A stretch of DNA of 64,000 nt, taken from NCBI RefSeq assembly GCF_000150275.1, contig NW_002060946.1, positions 3,739,454-3,803,453 on the forward strand. Reading direction: 5' to 3'. The notes under the pieces are model-generated. The model searched no databases, was not told the DNA's origin, and was given only the letters and a program-made list of their open reading frames with translations. Shown here piece by piece: positions 61,744-64,000 of this stretch. The position numbers were made by a program, and so were the translations under genes. Every line of letters starts with the position of its first letter. The first letter of the stretch is position 1. Source of the DNA: Trichoplax adhaerens (lineage: Eukaryota > Animalia > Placozoa).

Positions 61744-64000
61744 ATGCCCAGAAGGAAGAGAGGACGAGGCGGTAGAAAAGCTGCTACTACCACAGCTAAG
61801 GGGAATGAAGGCGATGAAAATGTTACTAAAGGAAAAATTTCTGATGCATTCAAACAAGATTTCCGTGCAGAAGGTACATCTAATTTTATGATGGCCATTC
61901 CTAGCAACATCTATAATATATAAATTTGGATTCATTTACCATCGTAGTAATCGTTGATTAAAGTATCACTTGTATTGTGATTGTTAGCTGAACATCGGGT
62001 ACGGGAAATGCGTCTTCATGCAGAAGATTATAAGAAACGATTACAAAGTACATTTGATCAATTACTATCTCAAATCCCCAAGGTAATTTCTTGCTATAAT
62101 GATCTACTCTATTTTGAATATCTACAGTAAATTGTAGATTATTCTACATGCTATGCTATTTGTGTCAACTTTTTAATGGATACTTTAAGAAAGAAGGTGT
62201 AATCTGCTATAATAATTTGTTGCAGAGGATTCGCCTCATGACCTTAAAAGAACTACGAGGTAAAGATGATGAACAATGTCAGTAATCAAATTGTTGACTT
62301 TCGTCGTATACTATACAGTAACCTGAAATAAGATTGATTGATTAGTATCCAACCGATAACTTTAATATACTAATTAGGAGTTTCTCATGCCAATCGTACG
62401 ATGTAGTTCATTTCATCCTTTACTAACATTTATCGATACAGAGAGGTTGTAAATGATTTTAATAGTACATATAGGCCAAGTGTATACGGTACACTGGCAT
62501 ACTCGTACCTAGCCATAGCCTAGATGTGCCTAACACAGTAATTATACTTAGGGGTGTCAGAGGTTCCATCCTAACCAGTAACCTAAGTTTACAGTAATTA
62601 ACTATTTTCCTCAAATTCTATGAGAGTAATTGTTGCTCATGATCAGAAACGATTGCAATATGTTTGACATAACCGTGTGAATTGAACTAATGAGCAACAT
62701 AATTTATCTTTCTTTCCAAATTATTGTGGCATACTTCTTGTATGCTTTCAATGTCCTTTGAAAATAAAGAAGAGGATAAGAAACAAGAGGTCAGTCTGAT
62801 TTTATTCCTAGATAACTATAATTACTCATTTCTTAGTATATAGCACCAGATACTTTATGCTTTGCAGTCAGTTCATTATAGAATAATACATTACTACAGA
62901 CTTATTGTCATATGATGGCAATTCTAATAACTTTGTAGATCATATTACAACTGTAATTTACAAGGGATTATATGTAGGCTGTATATGTTTGAATGTCATG
63001 TCTGTCTGAAGATAAATGTACGTTTTTACGATCTATATCTTGAAAACGAATTAAAAACTAGCCAGAAGTACCATTATACCACCGTAACACTGTCTTCAGC
63101 TTTTAACCACAATGTAATAGTATAAACAATAATCCTCGCCAATATTAACTTTAAAATTACTATCTCGAACTTTAATTATTTACAGAAAGAACTAGGAAAT
63201 ATTTCAAATGTTATTGCTTATGTTAACATGAAGACTCAAGATTACATGAGGTATCCAACATACACATTTCCTATTATTTAGGTCATTTATACATTTAGAA
63301 AGTACTTTCGCCCCGACGGTAGTTGATACCCTTATTCTGTATAGAATAAATATCACAAAAAATGTATTGTAATAACTTGTCGATAACTGACAAAGTGTTA
63401 AACGTCTTTCAAATAGTTGTTAAAAGAATGTATGTACAATTTACTACGTCAACTTCTTATCACTATACTATAAAGTGTGGATCTCATTTTCAGGAAGTGT
63501 CAATATTTTACTGTATACTGTATTGCATCGCAAAAGTTAATAATACGCTTATAGAGTTTACTGATATATTCTTAGCAATGAAAATCAAGGTAGCAAGAAG
63601 GATGGTAATTTCGCTACACCTGGTATGTTGAACTTAATGTATCTATATATATGTATATAATACTGCGTCTGATCACCGATCTTATATTTAATGGTATAAG
63701 ATTTTGAACACGTATAGTATGAAATAAAAGTCATTTTTTAATTTCTATTCCACTAGCTGCATGGACGTCAAATAGTCTAAGAAGCCAAAGAAAGCGAAAA
63801 CCTTTAGGAGAGGTATCACTGTAATTTATGTAAAATAGTTTTCTTGCTAGTACATTATTATTGTATGTATGTATGTACCACTGAATGATATCATATTTTA
63901 CTTAATACTACAAGTATAAGGTTAAACTAATATCTGTATTAATTACCCATTATTTAGTCAAGTGAGAATATGAGAAACCAAGCCCCTGCTACAGCTAGAC
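61744..64000 (+). CDS. CDCA8: Borealin (CDCA8/Dasra)-like chromosomal passenger complex subunit, 3'-truncated by window edge
   Basis: Exons 61744-61873, 61988-62082, 62226-62259 encode MPRRKRGRGGRK...AFKQDFRAE-AEHRVREMRLHAEDYKKRLQSTFDQLLSQIPK-RIRLMTLKEL, matching the Nbl1/Borealin N-terminal pattern (F..DF..E...R......L..LP..LR.M). Further in-phase exon candidates lie at ~63757-63812 and from ~63958 to the edge. Confidence 0.72.

Overview
Eukaryotic, AT-rich, gene-dense and intron-rich animal DNA. It is not prokaryotic. The compact introns, animal-type proteins and low GC are most consistent with a placozoan such as Trichoplax, but this is inference and unverified. Splicing exons by hand gives 12 protein-coding genes in order: a 5'-truncated unknown gene (+), UBE2C (+), RANBP9/10 (-), LRMDA/C10orf11 (-), histone H2A.Z (+), TRAPPC8 (-), SNX20/21 (+), INTS8 (-), KDELC/POGLUT2-3 (+), a divergent TOX-family HMG-box gene (+), PRMT7 (-) and a 3'-truncated Borealin/CDCA8-like gene (+). 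Most ORFs in the supplied track are spurious or exon fragments. Highlights: (1) a CHR plus Myb-site composite (TTTGAA-N2-5-C[CG]GTTG) near the 5' ends of the three cell-cycle-type genes UBE2C, H2A.Z and Borealin; (2) dense palindromic TACAG/CTGTA (GTAC) clusters marking upstream regions; (3) a 64-aa mitochondrial-presequence-like extension on PRMT7 behind a weak-context ATG; (4) two minor-spliceosome (U12) introns, one of them AT-AC; (5) a 9 x ~100-bp tandem array beside an older degenerate repeat layer; (6) an ER-retrieval signal on its own 18-nt coding exon; (7) deep synteny with human 20q13/16q/8q/18q. No CRISPR, rRNA, tRNA or intact transposon was recognised.
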